DNA of 64,000 nt from an uncultured bacterium. GTDB taxonomy: Bacteria; Acidobacteriota; HRBIN11; JAKEFK01. The first letter of the stretch is position 1; each line of letters starts with the position of its first letter. The position numbers were made by a program, and so were the translations under genes. Of this stretch, positions 19,242 to 28,979 are shown piece by piece. The notes under the pieces are model-generated. The model was given only the letters and a program-made list of their open reading frames with translations, had not been told where the DNA came from and did not search any database. The stretch spans positions 430,889-494,888 of the forward strand of contig CAWINI010000003.1 of NCBI GenBank assembly GCA_963837395.1, given 5' to 3'.

Positions 19242-20480
19242 TTAAACTCCGGTAAGTAAATGTCCCATTTTTTCTTTTTTAGTCCGGAGATATTTCAAAT
19301 TATTTCCAGTAGGTTCTATTTCAATCGGGACACGCTCTACAAGTTCCAATCCGTAACCCTTAAGGCCGACATATTTCGAAGGATTGTTTGTCATTAATCT
19401 CATTTTTTGAACGCCGAGTTCGCGCAAAATTTGCGCTCCAATTCCATAATCGCGTTGATCAGCTTTGAATCCTAGCGTCTCATTCGCTTCAACCGTATCT
19501 TCACCATGATCCTGCAATTCGTACGCTTTCAACTTATTCACAAGTCCGATTCCGCGGCCTTCGAATTTATCACCATGCAAATATAAAACAAGACCTTTGC
19601 CTTCTTGCTGGATCATTTCCAATGCTTTTTCCAATTGCTGTCCGCAATCACATCGCCAGGAATGAAAAATATCGCCGGTTAAGCATTGTGAATGAACCCG
19701 AACCAGCACCGCATCGTTCGGTTGAATATCGCCGCAAACGATTGCGAGGTGCACGGCATCATCAAGAATACTTTCATATGCTTTAACAGAAAATTCACCA
19801 AAACGGGTAGGAAGTCTGGTATCGGCAACTTTGCGAACCAGACGTTCGTTCGCCATGCGATATTGAATCAGATCTGCGATTGTAATCATCCGGATGCGAT
19901 GCTTCTTACAGAATTTCGTCAGTTGCGGAACACGCGCCATTGTTCCGTCATCATTCATTACTTCACAAATCACACCGGCAGGATACAAGCCAGCAAGCTT
20001 CGCGAGATCAACTGCTGCTTCGGTTTGTCCGGCACGACGCAATACGCCGCCCTTTCTTGTACGGAGTGGAAAGACGTGTCCGGGACGAGCTAAATCATAA
20101 GGTTTTGTTGCAGGATCGATCGCTGTTCGGATTGTTTTTGCGCGATCTTGCGCAGAGATTCCAGTAGTTACATCGTGCTTTGCTTCAATCGAAACGCAAA
20201 ATGCTGTTTCGTATTTTGCAGTATTTTCCGTGACTTGCATCGGGATCTGCAAATCATCAAGCCGTTCGCCAGTCATCGCCAGGCAAATTAACCCGCGGCC
20301 ATATTTAGCCATGAAATTAATTGCATCAGGTGTGATTTTTTCAGCAGCAATTGTCAAATCACCTTCATTCTCACGATCCTCATCATCAACAACCACAATC
20401 ATGCGTCCTTGACGGATCTCATCAAGCGCTTCAGGTATCGTAATAAATGGCAAATGAACTGACTTCCTTTTTAGACTCAC
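19242..20480 (-). CDS. ribBA: Bifunctional 3,4-dihydroxy-2-butanone-4-phosphate synthase / GTP cyclohydrolase II.
   Basis: '[18 protein letters not shown]' (RibB) and '[10 protein letters not shown]...CDCG' (RibA). Confidence 0.92.
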   Translation of the reverse strand: MSLKRKSVHLPFITIPEALDEIRQGRMIVVVDDEDRENEGDLTIAAEKITPDAINFMAKYGRGLICLAMTGERLDDLQIPMQVTENTAKYETAFCVSIEAKHDVTTGISAQDRAKTIRTAIDPATKPYDLARPGHVFPLRTRKGGVLRRAGQTEAAVDLAKLAGLYPAGVICEVMNDDGTMARVPQLTKFCKKHRIRMITIADLIQYRMANERLVRKVADTRLPTRFGEFSVKAYESILDDAVHLAIVCGDIQPNDAVLVRVHSQCLTGDIFHSWRCDCGQQLEKALEMIQQEGKGLVLYLHGDKFEGRGIGLVNKLKAYELQDHGEDTVEANETLGFKADQRDYGIGAQILRELGVQKMRLMTNNPSKYVGLKGYGLELVERVPIEIEPTGNNLKYLRTKKEKMGHLLTGV

Positions 20481-20516
20481 GACTCAGCCCCCGTTCGAAA
20501 CTGCGGCCTATCTAAT

Positions 20517-20593
20517 TTACCGCAGAGAACGCTGAGATCGCAGAATTAAATTTTTACCAGAATTTCTGCGTTCTCTGCATACTCTGGCGGTAA
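20517..20593. repeat. Imperfect palindromic REP-like element, TTACCGCAGAGAACGC...GCGTTCTCTGC...GGCGGTAA.
   Basis: Inverted arms are read directly. A second copy lies at 24437..24505 and a partial copy near 27888. Confidence 0.6.
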
Positions 20594-20599
20594 GAACAA

Positions 20600-21205
20600 T
20601 TACCGGCTCCGCAATCTCCCCTTATCATAGGTGTTTTTCACGACGCTGACAACATACCGCCCAATCATGTCCGTCTCAACATTGACGAGATCTCCCTTCT
20701 TTAAATCACTGAGATTAGTATGCTCCAGCGTATATGGAATCAGTGAGATTTCGATCCGATTCTTTTGCATTGCTGCAACCGTCAGGCTCACACCATTGAG
20801 CGCAATCGAACCTTTGGGAACACAATATTGTGCAAGGTTATAAGGCAATTTCACACAAAGCCTTACATCTTTGTTGTGATTCTTCCATTTGAGAGCTTGC
20901 GCGACACCTTCAACATGTCCTTGAACATAATGACCGCTGATGAAGGTTTGCGCGGTGATCGGCAATTCCAAATTTACACGCATCCCATTTTCTCGCTTGA
21001 GCAAATTCGTTCGAGACCATGTTTCAGGCGAGATATCTAGTGCGACTTTTTTGCCGGTGCGACGCGCGACTGTTAAACAAATTCCATCGACTGCAAGACT
21101 ATCACCGAGTTTCAATTTGGATGCAAGCGAACCAACCTTTAGAACTAAATGAGCTTTATCAATGGAAATGATTTTTCCAGTAGTTTCAATAATTCCATTA
21201 AACAT
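20600..21205 (-). CDS. ribE: Riboflavin synthase alpha subunit.
   Basis: 'MFNGIIETTGKI' and two lumazine-binding repeats. Confidence 0.9.
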   Translation of the reverse strand: MFNGIIETTGKIISIDKAHLVLKVGSLASKLKLGDSLAVDGICLTVARRTGKKVALDISPETWSRTNLLKRENGMRVNLELPITAQTFISGHYVQGHVEGVAQALKWKNHNKDVRLCVKLPYNLAQYCVPKGSIALNGVSLTVAAMQKNRIEISLIPYTLEHTNLSDLKKGDLVNVETDMIGRYVVSVVKNTYDKGRLRSR

Positions 21206-21252
21206 ATTTTTCTTACCGCGAAGGCACTGAGTCTCCGTTACTCCGTGGTTAA

Positions 21253-22323
21253 TTATTTGCGTAGTCGGACGATTACATCGCCATCTAATTCTTGAGGTGG
21301 ATCAACCTGGTATCGTTGCGTTTCAGAAAGCGATTGTTCCGGTCCGCCTAAAATATTCAAAAAGTGTTTTCCGGTTAGAAGTCGTGGAGCGATCATAAGG
21401 ACATATTCATCAATGAATCCGGATGTGTGAAACAAGGTGAAAATTTTTTGTCCGCCTTCAACAAGAATCTTTGAAAGTCCGCGTTTAAACAACGCCGGTA
21501 ACAAAGTGGAGATACCCTGGAATCGAAGAATATCAACGTTTTTGCGTTCGCGCCAAAGTCTTTCACGCTCTTGCGAAGCAGTTTCCGCACAACAAATCAA
21601 AACTGGAGCATCGCTTTCCAGAAGTGAACAATCGTCAGGATTCAACTTTAGACGGGAATCCAAAACAATCCGGATTGGTTTTCGGATAATTCCTGGAGTT
21701 CTAACTGTAAGATGCGGGCGATCCAGAATTACTGTATCAGCGCCCACCACCACTGCATCACATTGAGCGCGGAGATGATGCACCCAGGTCAAACTCCATT
21801 CATTTGTAATCCATCTTGAATTTCGATCTGCGGGTGAAATAATCCCATTTGCCGTCGTGCCAACTTTGGCGATGACATAAGGACGTTGTTTCAGAATCGA
21901 ATGAAAGAAAGGCGCATAGAAATATTTAACTGACGGCAATTCAATCTGTTCAACCGTAATTCCAGCAGTGAGCAATTGTTCCTGCCCTTTTCCATTTACC
22001 ATTGGATTTTGATCAATTGCCGAAAATACAACTCGCTTAATACCTGCATCTTTAATTGCATTCACGCAAGGCGGCGTTTTTCCTTGATGTACGCAAGGCT
22101 CTAAACTGCAATACAAAGTCGCATCCTTAGCAGCGGAGGCAGCTTTGCGAAGTGCGAGTACTTCTGCGTGAGGTTCACCGGCGGCTGGATGAAATGCAGT
22201 ACTTAACATTTGTCCATCTTTAACAACAACGGCACCAACAGATGGATTCGGTGATGTTTTGCCTGCATTTTGAATGGCAAGATGATATGCGAGATTTAAA
22301 TAATAATGATCCATTTCCACCAC
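21253..22323 (-). CDS. ribD: Bifunctional riboflavin biosynthesis deaminase/reductase.
   Basis: CMP/dCMP deaminase 'HAEVLAL...PCVHQGKTPPC' plus a RibD C-terminal reductase domain. Confidence 0.9.
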   Translation of the reverse strand: MVEMDHYYLNLAYHLAIQNAGKTSPNPSVGAVVVKDGQMLSTAFHPAAGEPHAEVLALRKAASAAKDATLYCSLEPCVHQGKTPPCVNAIKDAGIKRVVFSAIDQNPMVNGKGQEQLLTAGITVEQIELPSVKYFYAPFFHSILKQRPYVIAKVGTTANGIISPADRNSRWITNEWSLTWVHHLRAQCDAVVVGADTVILDRPHLTVRTPGIIRKPIRIVLDSRLKLNPDDCSLLESDAPVLICCAETASQERERLWRERKNVDILRFQGISTLLPALFKRGLSKILVEGGQKIFTLFHTSGFIDEYVLMIAPRLLTGKHFLNILGGPEQSLSETQRYQVDPPQELDGDVIVRLRK

Positions 22324-22335
22324 AGAGTCACAAAA

Positions 22336-23271
22336 TTATTCCAGTAATGCGTTGATGAATTTTGCCGGGTCGAATGGGATGAGATCATCAAGATCTTCCC
22401 CAACCCCTAAGAATTTAATGGGCACACCTAATTCTTTTGCAATGCTGACAACAATTCCGCCTTTCGCGGTGCCATCAATCTTGGTCAGGATAATTCCTGT
22501 AATCGGTGTGATATTCATAAATTCGCGGGCTTGAACAATTCCGTTCTGTCCAACCGTAGCATCCAGAACTAACCAGCTTTCATGCGGAGCGCCCGGAACT
22601 TCGCGCTGTGCAATCTTTCGCATCTTTGCCAGTTCTTGCATCAAGTTTGATTTTGTATGAAGTCTACCGGCTGTATCAATCAAAACAAGATCTTTGTTCT
22701 GCGCTTTCGCTGCGCTTAATGCATCAAACACCACTGCTGCCGGATCTGATCCTTGACTCTGTTTCAGCAAATCCACTCCAATCCGGTCAGCCCAGACCTG
22801 GAGTTGTTCAACAGCAGCTGCTCGAAAAGTATCTGCTGCACAAATCAACAATTTTTTGTTTTGTTTCTTGTATTCATGTGCGAGCTTTGCAATCGTTGTT
22901 GTTTTCCCAACTCCATTCACACCAATGATTAAAAATACTGCAGGTTTCGGATATCTTTTCTCCCACCATGGATCCGTATTTTTAAAGATCAGCATTAACT
23001 CATCGTGAATTAATTTCTTTACTGCTGCAGCATCGGATAGCTGATGACTTCTTACTCTTTCATTCACCAGGTCCATTAAATGCATCGTTAACCCGACTCC
23101 GATATCGGATTGCAGTAAGGCTTCTTCAAGCTGCGAAAGAATCTCATCATCGACTTCGCGGCCGATCTTCATCATGTTGTCGATCTGGGTGCCGAGCCCC
23201 TCTTTGGTCTTCTTCAGACCATTTTTGAGCTTTTGTAAAAACGTTTTCTCTTCGGTTATAAATTCAAACAT
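22336..23271 (-). CDS. ftsY: Signal-recognition-particle receptor FtsY.
   Basis: 'GVNGVGKTTTIAKLA', 'DTAGR' and 'TKIDGTAKGG'. Confidence 0.92.
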   Translation of the reverse strand: MFEFITEEKTFLQKLKNGLKKTKEGLGTQIDNMMKIGREVDDEILSQLEEALLQSDIGVGLTMHLMDLVNERVRSHQLSDAAAVKKLIHDELMLIFKNTDPWWEKRYPKPAVFLIIGVNGVGKTTTIAKLAHEYKKQNKKLLICAADTFRAAAVEQLQVWADRIGVDLLKQSQGSDPAAVVFDALSAAKAQNKDLVLIDTAGRLHTKSNLMQELAKMRKIAQREVPGAPHESWLVLDATVGQNGIVQAREFMNITPITGIILTKIDGTAKGGIVVSIAKELGVPIKFLGVGEDLDDLIPFDPAKFINALLE

Positions 23272-23613
23272 TTATAATTCCTCTTCGATCAAAGCGTAGA
23301 TTTCCTGGAATGCAAATTGAACGCGCACATAATTTAGATCCCTGGAAAGCAGTGCGCAAATAAAATAACCATCCTTTAAATAGTGCGTCAAAATAGAAAG
23401 CCGATCGTAACATGTGACCATCGTTCGAGTGGGTGGTAGCCCAAGATTATGCAGAGTGGACATAATAATTCCTTGATATGCGCCCAATATTTTTAACTGA
23501 TCACTATTGTTCGTACTGCAAGTCAGGATTGCTTCGCCTTCATGATCCAGGAATGCAACTGCCTCGACGCCTTCCACAGTCATCATTCGATTTAATAATT
23601 CCTGGAAAGACAT
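23272..23613 (-). CDS. Roadblock/LC7 (MglB-like) domain protein.
   Basis: 113 aa with 'GVEAVAFLDHEGEAIL'. Confidence 0.6.
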   Translation of the reverse strand: MSFQELLNRMMTVEGVEAVAFLDHEGEAILTCSTNNSDQLKILGAYQGIIMSTLHNLGLPPTRTMVTCYDRLSILTHYLKDGYFICALLSRDLNYVRVQFAFQEIYALIEEEL

Positions 23614-23616
23614 TAT

Positions 23617-24390
23617 CTAATTGGGGGATTTCGAACAATTCAAACCTTTTATTGCCGCAATTGATTTTTGGGCGAAGTCACTGAGCGGGTCCACATCAAT
23701 TACTTTCTTGTAATATTCTCTCGCTTCACAAGGCAGATTTTGTTGTTGCAAAACCGTAGCCAGATGATAGCAAGCCTCAACACTGTCCGGAGCCAATTTC
23801 AAAATTTCTTTGAATTGAACTGCCGCTTCATCGAAGCGATTTAATTTTTCAAGAGAAAATGCATACACTAGACGCGGAGCTGTTTCTTTTGGCGAAAATT
23901 CCAAAACCTTTTTCGCCAGCGCGCGGGACTCTTCATATTGTTGTTCCGTGTATGCCAACTTCGACAGGTTGTAATACGGTCCCACTTTTGGATATTGAGG
24001 ATCTTCCAGAGCTTTCAAAAAGTGAACGCGAGCTTCTTTATTATTTTTTAACTCCATATATGCAATGCCCAGATTGTTATGAACATCGGAATATGTTGGA
24101 GCGATAGTGATTGCTTGCGTAAATGCGGGTACCGCATCTTGAAACTTTCCATCACAAAGATAAGCAATACCCAATGAATTCCAACCTTGCGCATCTTTTG
24201 GATATTTTTCCAGGAATTTATGATAAGCAGTAACTGCCTCTGCACATCGTTTGTGAATTAGAAATTGATCAGCTTGTTTTAACTCAGCGACAGGATTATC
24301 CGGTGTTTTGGGCGCCTTCATCTCTTTTTTGCTGCTGCAAGAAACGAACGACAGTGTAAGAATCAAAATTAAATAGCAAGCACACTTCAT
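23617..24390 (-). CDS. TPR-repeat lipoprotein.
   Basis: Lipobox 'LSFVSC'. Several TPRs ('AYHKFLEKYPKDAQGWNSLGIAY...'). The track start at 24459 translates a REP element, so the internal ATG is preferred. Confidence 0.7.
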   Translation of the reverse strand: MKCACYLILILTLSFVSCSSKKEMKAPKTPDNPVAELKQADQFLIHKRCAEAVTAYHKFLEKYPKDAQGWNSLGIAYLCDGKFQDAVPAFTQAITIAPTYSDVHNNLGIAYMELKNNKEARVHFLKALEDPQYPKVGPYYNLSKLAYTEQQYEESRALAKKVLEFSPKETAPRLVYAFSLEKLNRFDEAAVQFKEILKLAPDSVEACYHLATVLQQQNLPCEAREYYKKVIDVDPLSDFAQKSIAAIKGLNCSKSPN

Positions 24391-24436
24391 GGGAGCAAAG
24401 TATACCAGATGCCGGATGCCGGATTCCAGATCCTTT

Positions 24437-24505
24437 TTACCGCAGAGATCGCAGAGCACGCTGAATATTTATTATTTCTGCGAACTCTGCGTGCTCTGCG
24501 GTAAA
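24437..24505. repeat. REP-like palindrome TTACCGCAGAGATCGCAGAGCACGC...GCGTGCTCTGCGGTAA.
   Basis: Near-perfect inverted arms. Same family as 20517..20593. Confidence 0.65.
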
Positions 24506-24509
24506 AATT

Positions 24510-25898
24510 CTAGGCGACGGGTTGTCGGGGGCGGGGCCGTGAAGGTTTATGCAAGGTAACTTTGCCTTCTTCGCAAGCTCTTCCGAATGCATCAACAATT
24601 TTCGGATCGTATTTTACATTTGCCATGGTACGGATCCGATTTAATGCAAACTCCAATGTAAAAGCTTTTTGATACGGCCGATCAGTGGTCATTGCATCAA
24701 ATGTATCTGCAACTGTAATCACACGGCCAAACAGTGGGATATCTTCGCCTTTCAATCCCTGCGGATAACCACTGCCATCATAATTTTCATGGTGAGCACG
24801 CATTCCCGGAATAATGTCACGTAATTGTTCGATCTGCGCAAGAATTGCTGCACCTTTATCTGGATGCGTTTTCATAATTTCAAATTCATCAGGCGTAAGA
24901 TTGGTTGGCTTGCGAAGAATTCGATCATCAATTCCGATTTTGCCTACATCGTGCAGCAAAGCTGCGATTTCCAAACGCTCTAACTCTGCGGCACTGAATC
25001 CTAAAGAACGCCCAATTACCATGGTGTAGTCTTTTACACGCTCAGAATGTCCGCGTGTATACGGATCTTTTGCATCGATTGCTGCTGCAAGCATCCGGAT
25101 CGAACTCATAAACAATTCTTTGTTTTCACGCGCAGCAGCTTGAAGACCAAGAATGTTTTGTTTCACCTCATCTGTCATGTAATTGAAAGTGTCAGCAAGC
25201 TGTTGAATTTCGTTGCTTGCTTTCATCTCAATTTTTTTATCGAAGGTCTGATTGCGGCCAACATCCAGTGCGTGTTGTGCCAATTTTTGAATCGGCTGCG
25301 TAATCCACCGCGCAAATAAGAAGCCAACCACCGCAGCTAGAAGTGCAAATAGAATACTGAGTCCCACTGAAGAGCGGATCATTTGCCCTACGGATGCAAA
25401 TGCAACATCGCGTTCAATTTGAACGATGACTCCCCAGCCAACATCTTTCACTGCAGAATTGGATCCGAGAACTTCAAGCGTTTTATTTCCTTGCTTTTCT
25501 TCATATAACCGTACTGTAGAAACACGACCTTGTGTGCGAATGAAATCACTTACAATTGCAGTCTTAGAAAGATCGCGTCTTTGCTGCATATCTTGTTTTT
25601 TCGGACTTAAAATTAATTTCCCGTCATGATCTACAACATAAACATTGATTGCCCCAACACTTTCGTCATTCAAAATTTGAAACAATGGATCTGCACTAAC
25701 AATCACACTCAAAACGCCAATTATGTTGTCTGATGCATCCTTCAATGGTTCCGCAATTAGAATTACTGCAGTGTTATCTTCAGCGATGTAATAAGGATCG
25801 CTAATGAACGATTTACCCTGGATCGCAATATTGAATGCTTTTTCTTCTTCATCCATTACGCTTCTATCATCAAACTCAGGACGCTTTGCTCTAGGCAC
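24510..25898 (-). CDS. HAMP / HD-GYP phosphodiesterase, the C-terminal part of a Cache-type sensor. It is separated from 25891..26250 by a frameshift.
   Basis: 'LLHDVGKIGI', 'HHENYDGSGYP' and a HAMP domain after the TM. The frame is open upstream to about 25930. Confidence 0.8.
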   Translation of the reverse strand: MPRAKRPEFDDRSVMDEEEKAFNIAIQGKSFISDPYYIAEDNTAVILIAEPLKDASDNIIGVLSVIVSADPLFQILNDESVGAINVYVVDHDGKLILSPKKQDMQQRRDLSKTAIVSDFIRTQGRVSTVRLYEEKQGNKTLEVLGSNSAVKDVGWGVIVQIERDVAFASVGQMIRSSVGLSILFALLAAVVGFLFARWITQPIQKLAQHALDVGRNQTFDKKIEMKASNEIQQLADTFNYMTDEVKQNILGLQAAARENKELFMSSIRMLAAAIDAKDPYTRGHSERVKDYTMVIGRSLGFSAAELERLEIAALLHDVGKIGIDDRILRKPTNLTPDEFEIMKTHPDKGAAILAQIEQLRDIIPGMRAHHENYDGSGYPQGLKGEDIPLFGRVITVADTFDAMTTDRPYQKAFTLEFALNRIRTMANVKYDPKIVDAFGRACEEGKVTLHKPSRPRPRQPVA

Positions 25899-26250
25899 CT
25901 CTGCCTGATGGGGCGTAAACCGCTGCCTTGATCATGTTGAGATCTTTAAGAAATGTTGGCATTTCAGCTCGGACTGAAGGGGCATCAAGATTTCTAACAA
26001 ATTCTGATGCCTTTGGAGTTAATTCACGAATCTGATACCGGTAATTATCGATGTAAGATGAGATTCTTCCGGACACACTTGTAGAAATCGAAAAGAAACT
26101 TTCTTGAAGATTTGTTTGCAGCCCTTCCCGGTTATTTCGGATTAAGATGAACGAACTAACCGCTAACGGGATAACCCCAATCGCCAGGAATAGCAATGTC
26201 AATGTGACAAGTATGCTGTTCTTAATCTTCCGTTCAGTAAAGATTGCCAA
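25891..26250 (-). CDS. N-terminal TM and the start of a periplasmic Cache-like domain. It is probably the 5' part of the HD-GYP gene.
   Basis: TM 'ILVTLTLLFLAIGVIPLAV'. It overlaps the next ORF by 8 nt in another frame. Confidence 0.55.
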   Translation of the reverse strand: MAIFTERKIKNSILVTLTLLFLAIGVIPLAVSSFILIRNNREGLQTNLQESFFSISTSVSGRISSYIDNYRYQIRELTPKASEFVRNLDAPSVRAEMPTFLKDLNMIKAAVYAPSGRGA

Positions 26251-26276
26251 GAGATCTCACCACAAAGTCACAGATT

Positions 26277-27875
26277 TTACTTCTTTTTTTCGGAGATGAC
26301 CTCGTAAACTTTGGTCATCTGTTCCAAACCTTTGAGACTGAATTCGCCTAGTTCCTTAATTTCGAAATGATCCTTAACAAGTTCATACGTATTGGCTCCA
26401 ATGACGATCTGTCCGGGCTTTGCAACCCCCGTTTCAATTCTTTGGGCAATATTCACAGTGTTTCCAAGAACAGTGTATTCAATACGTTTTGGTGAGCCGA
26501 TATCACCAGCTACAACAGGACCGCTGTTGATGCCAATTCGAACGTTGATTTTTTGTTGGCCAAACTTTTCATCATTGAACTCGTTCAGTTTCTCACGCAT
26601 TTCCAGAGCTGTCTTCACCGCGCGTACGGCGTGATCTTCCATTGCTAACGGTGCACCGAACACAGCCATGATTGCATCGCCAATAAACTTGTCCAGTGTC
26701 CCTTCATATTTAAAAATGATTTCGGTCATTTCGCCAAAATATTCATTCAGCAAAAGTGCAACCCGATGCGGCTCCATCTTTTCTGACATTCCGGTGAAAC
26801 CGACAATATCTGAAAAGATCACGGTCGTATCTACTTCCTGAGCATCGAGTGATTGATCGCTTTCGGTGGCATTTAAGATTCGATTAATTACTGACGGAGA
26901 GTGATAGCGTTCCAATTGTCCACGCCGTTTAATTTCTTCCTTAATCTTTTCGTTCAATCTTGCTTGCTCAATTCCGATTGCCGCGTAATTCGCCAGAGCT
27001 GTGAGTAAATCAAGATCCGCCGGCGTGAATGTTCCGGTGCGTGTTGTGGAATCAACAAACACAACACCGATTACATCATCTTTGTTCCATAATGGTGCAC
27101 ACATCGCGGAACGGATGTTATGAAAAATAATGCTGGCCCCTCCATCGAAACGCGGATCAAAAAGTGCATCAGAAGTCAAAATTGAGACTTTGTCTGTGAA
27201 GACTTTATTCGTAATCGTTTTGCTGATTGTGATTTTTCCCACGTCAGCTTGCGGATCGTGATACTTCACAACTTTTGGAATCAAATCGCGAGAGTGCTCA
27301 TCATAAAGCATCAAAAAACCGCGTTCCGCATTTAAGTGTTCAAAGATTAAGTTCATCACAAGATTTAAAACTTCATCAAGAGGTTGCACTGTAAGCAGTG
27401 ATTTTGCAACTTGAATCAGAATTGCCAGAATCTGATTACTTTTTTGAATATCACTAAGTACAGGTTGTTCTTCTGGTTTGCTTTCCGGAATTAGATCCGG
27501 AATAAATTTTTGAAGTTCGCTGATCGGTTTTATAAAGGTACCTGGACTTAGAAAATTATCTCCAGTATCCTGCAATTGAACTTTATCATCCGTGGTTTTT
27601 GTAAAGCGGAGCAAAAATTTACCGAGATTGATTTCATCACCATCACGCAAATCGCCACGCGTTACAAGAATGTTATTCACGCGGGTCCCGTTACGGGAAT
27701 TTAAATCGACAATGTAGGATTCTTTATCGTTGAGTGAAATGCGGCAATGATGGCGGGAAACACCGAAGTCATTAATGATGATGTCATTATCGGATGCACG
27801 TCCGATTGAGACATCACTCTTTTCAACCGGAAAGGAAGTTGTTTTATCCCCCTCCTTATAGACCAGCTTATACAT
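26277..27875 (-). CDS. FHA-GAF-class III adenylate/guanylate cyclase.
   Basis: FHA 'VSIGRASDNDIIINDFGVSRHHCRI...SRNGTRVNN'. Cyclase 'TVIFSDIVGFT' and 'KFIGDAIMAVFGAP'. Confidence 0.85.
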   Translation of the reverse strand: MYKLVYKEGDKTTSFPVEKSDVSIGRASDNDIIINDFGVSRHHCRISLNDKESYIVDLNSRNGTRVNNILVTRGDLRDGDEINLGKFLLRFTKTTDDKVQLQDTGDNFLSPGTFIKPISELQKFIPDLIPESKPEEQPVLSDIQKSNQILAILIQVAKSLLTVQPLDEVLNLVMNLIFEHLNAERGFLMLYDEHSRDLIPKVVKYHDPQADVGKITISKTITNKVFTDKVSILTSDALFDPRFDGGASIIFHNIRSAMCAPLWNKDDVIGVVFVDSTTRTGTFTPADLDLLTALANYAAIGIEQARLNEKIKEEIKRRGQLERYHSPSVINRILNATESDQSLDAQEVDTTVIFSDIVGFTGMSEKMEPHRVALLLNEYFGEMTEIIFKYEGTLDKFIGDAIMAVFGAPLAMEDHAVRAVKTALEMREKLNEFNDEKFGQQKINVRIGINSGPVVAGDIGSPKRIEYTVLGNTVNIAQRIETGVAKPGQIVIGANTYELVKDHFEIKELGEFSLKGLEQMTKVYEVISEKKK

Positions 27876-27944
27876 CTCTACGGACTCCGCGAGTTTTGCG
27901 GTAAAAATTCTTACGGCTAAGAACCGTCTTTAGCACATTAGGCT

Positions 27945-28703
27945 TTAGCTTTCCTTCTCCGTATCAAATGCAGAAGATATTTTCTGCGCTTCAGGTTGTT
28001 GCTGCTGTTGTTGTTGAGATGCGGCCGGTTCTTTTGTTAACCCCATCTTCCGTTTTAAATCATCCAGCGCCTGATCAACTTTTACCTTTCCCGTTAGCTG
28101 ATCCAATTGTTTATCCAGCTCATCACCCTCGCTTACCGCAATTTTATCGTATGCCGCCAGCTTATCGGATTGCTCTTGTATCTGTGATGCAGCATTGTCG
28201 AAGGTGCTCATTGCACCATCAATATTGTATTTATCGGTAATCTCAAGCATTTTGCGTTGAGCTTCATTCATTGCAGCAATCGATTTCAGCTCACCTAGCT
28301 TCCGGATTTTTTCCTGAACTTTTTCTTCTTCAACTTTTAATTTGGCGCGCGAAGCATCCGCTCGAACTTTTGCACTCTTATACATTTGATCTGCACGATC
28401 CAGTTCACCTTGTGCTTCAATTTGTAGTTGGAGAGCACGGCGTGCGAGCTTTTCATTGCCCTGGGTCAAAGCTTCTTCAGCTTGTGTTTGTAATGTTTTT
28501 ACGCGCTCCCTCTTCACTTTAAATTCCCTTTCCTGGCGCGCTTCAAACCCCAATGTCATTGCTGTCGCCTCACGGAGGGACTTCAGGCTTTCCAGCATTT
28601 CCCGAACCGTCTGTTCCAACATGGGAACAGTCATTTGTGATTCGGTCTTCCCCATTAACCAGTTGAACATCGCGGAAAACATCCGACGTACGCGCTGAAA
28701 CAT
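27945..28703 (-). CDS. PspA/IM30 (Vipp1) family protein with a C-terminal poly-Q tract.
   Basis: 'MFQRVRRMFSAMFNWLMGKTE...' and a long coiled coil. SD aaggagg lies 6 nt upstream. Confidence 0.8.
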   Translation of the reverse strand: MFQRVRRMFSAMFNWLMGKTESQMTVPMLEQTVREMLESLKSLREATAMTLGFEARQEREFKVKRERVKTLQTQAEEALTQGNEKLARRALQLQIEAQGELDRADQMYKSAKVRADASRAKLKVEEEKVQEKIRKLGELKSIAAMNEAQRKMLEITDKYNIDGAMSTFDNAASQIQEQSDKLAAYDKIAVSEGDELDKQLDQLTGKVKVDQALDDLKRKMGLTKEPAASQQQQQQQPEAQKISSAFDTEKES

Positions 28704-28785
28704 ACTGTCCTCCTTAGCTTTACAGGCGAGTCAACAAACGACTAGTCTGAAATTATAGCATAGTAAATATTATAGAAATTCTGGC

Positions 28786-28845
28786 TGTAGTGGCGACCGG
28801 AAAGTCGCCTGCTATCAAACTAGGCGACCTTCCGGTCGCCACTAC
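28786..28845. repeat. Nested 24-bp-arm palindrome, TGTAGTGGCGACCGGAAAGTCGCC...GGCGACCTTCCGGTCGCCACTACA.
   Basis: One mismatch between the arms, and each arm is itself palindromic. A second copy lies at 46219..46283. Confidence 0.8.
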
Positions 28846-28886
28846 AAATGCATTTTAGAAAAGACGCAAAAATTTCCCGTAAGTTC

Positions 28887-28915
28887 TTGACTAAGAAATA
28901 TTCCTAGTTGATAAT
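28887..28915 (+). promoter_or_regulatory. Sigma70-like promoter candidate (TTGACT, 17 bp spacer, GATAAT) for the Rieske/cytochrome b operon.
   Basis: Motifs are read about 65 nt upstream of the ATG at 28980. Confidence 0.35.
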
Positions 28916-28979
28916 CTTGCTTGTGTTTTTTTGATTTTTTTTCTGCACTTCATAAACCGTCACTGCAAAAGAGAGGAGC

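Noticed and set aside
20481-20599. Possible FMN riboswitch within the rib gene cluster.
   Set aside because: No FMN-aptamer-like conserved blocks are present. The region is a REP-type palindrome. It is internal to the ftsY-ribD-ribE-ribBA run rather than at its 5' end.
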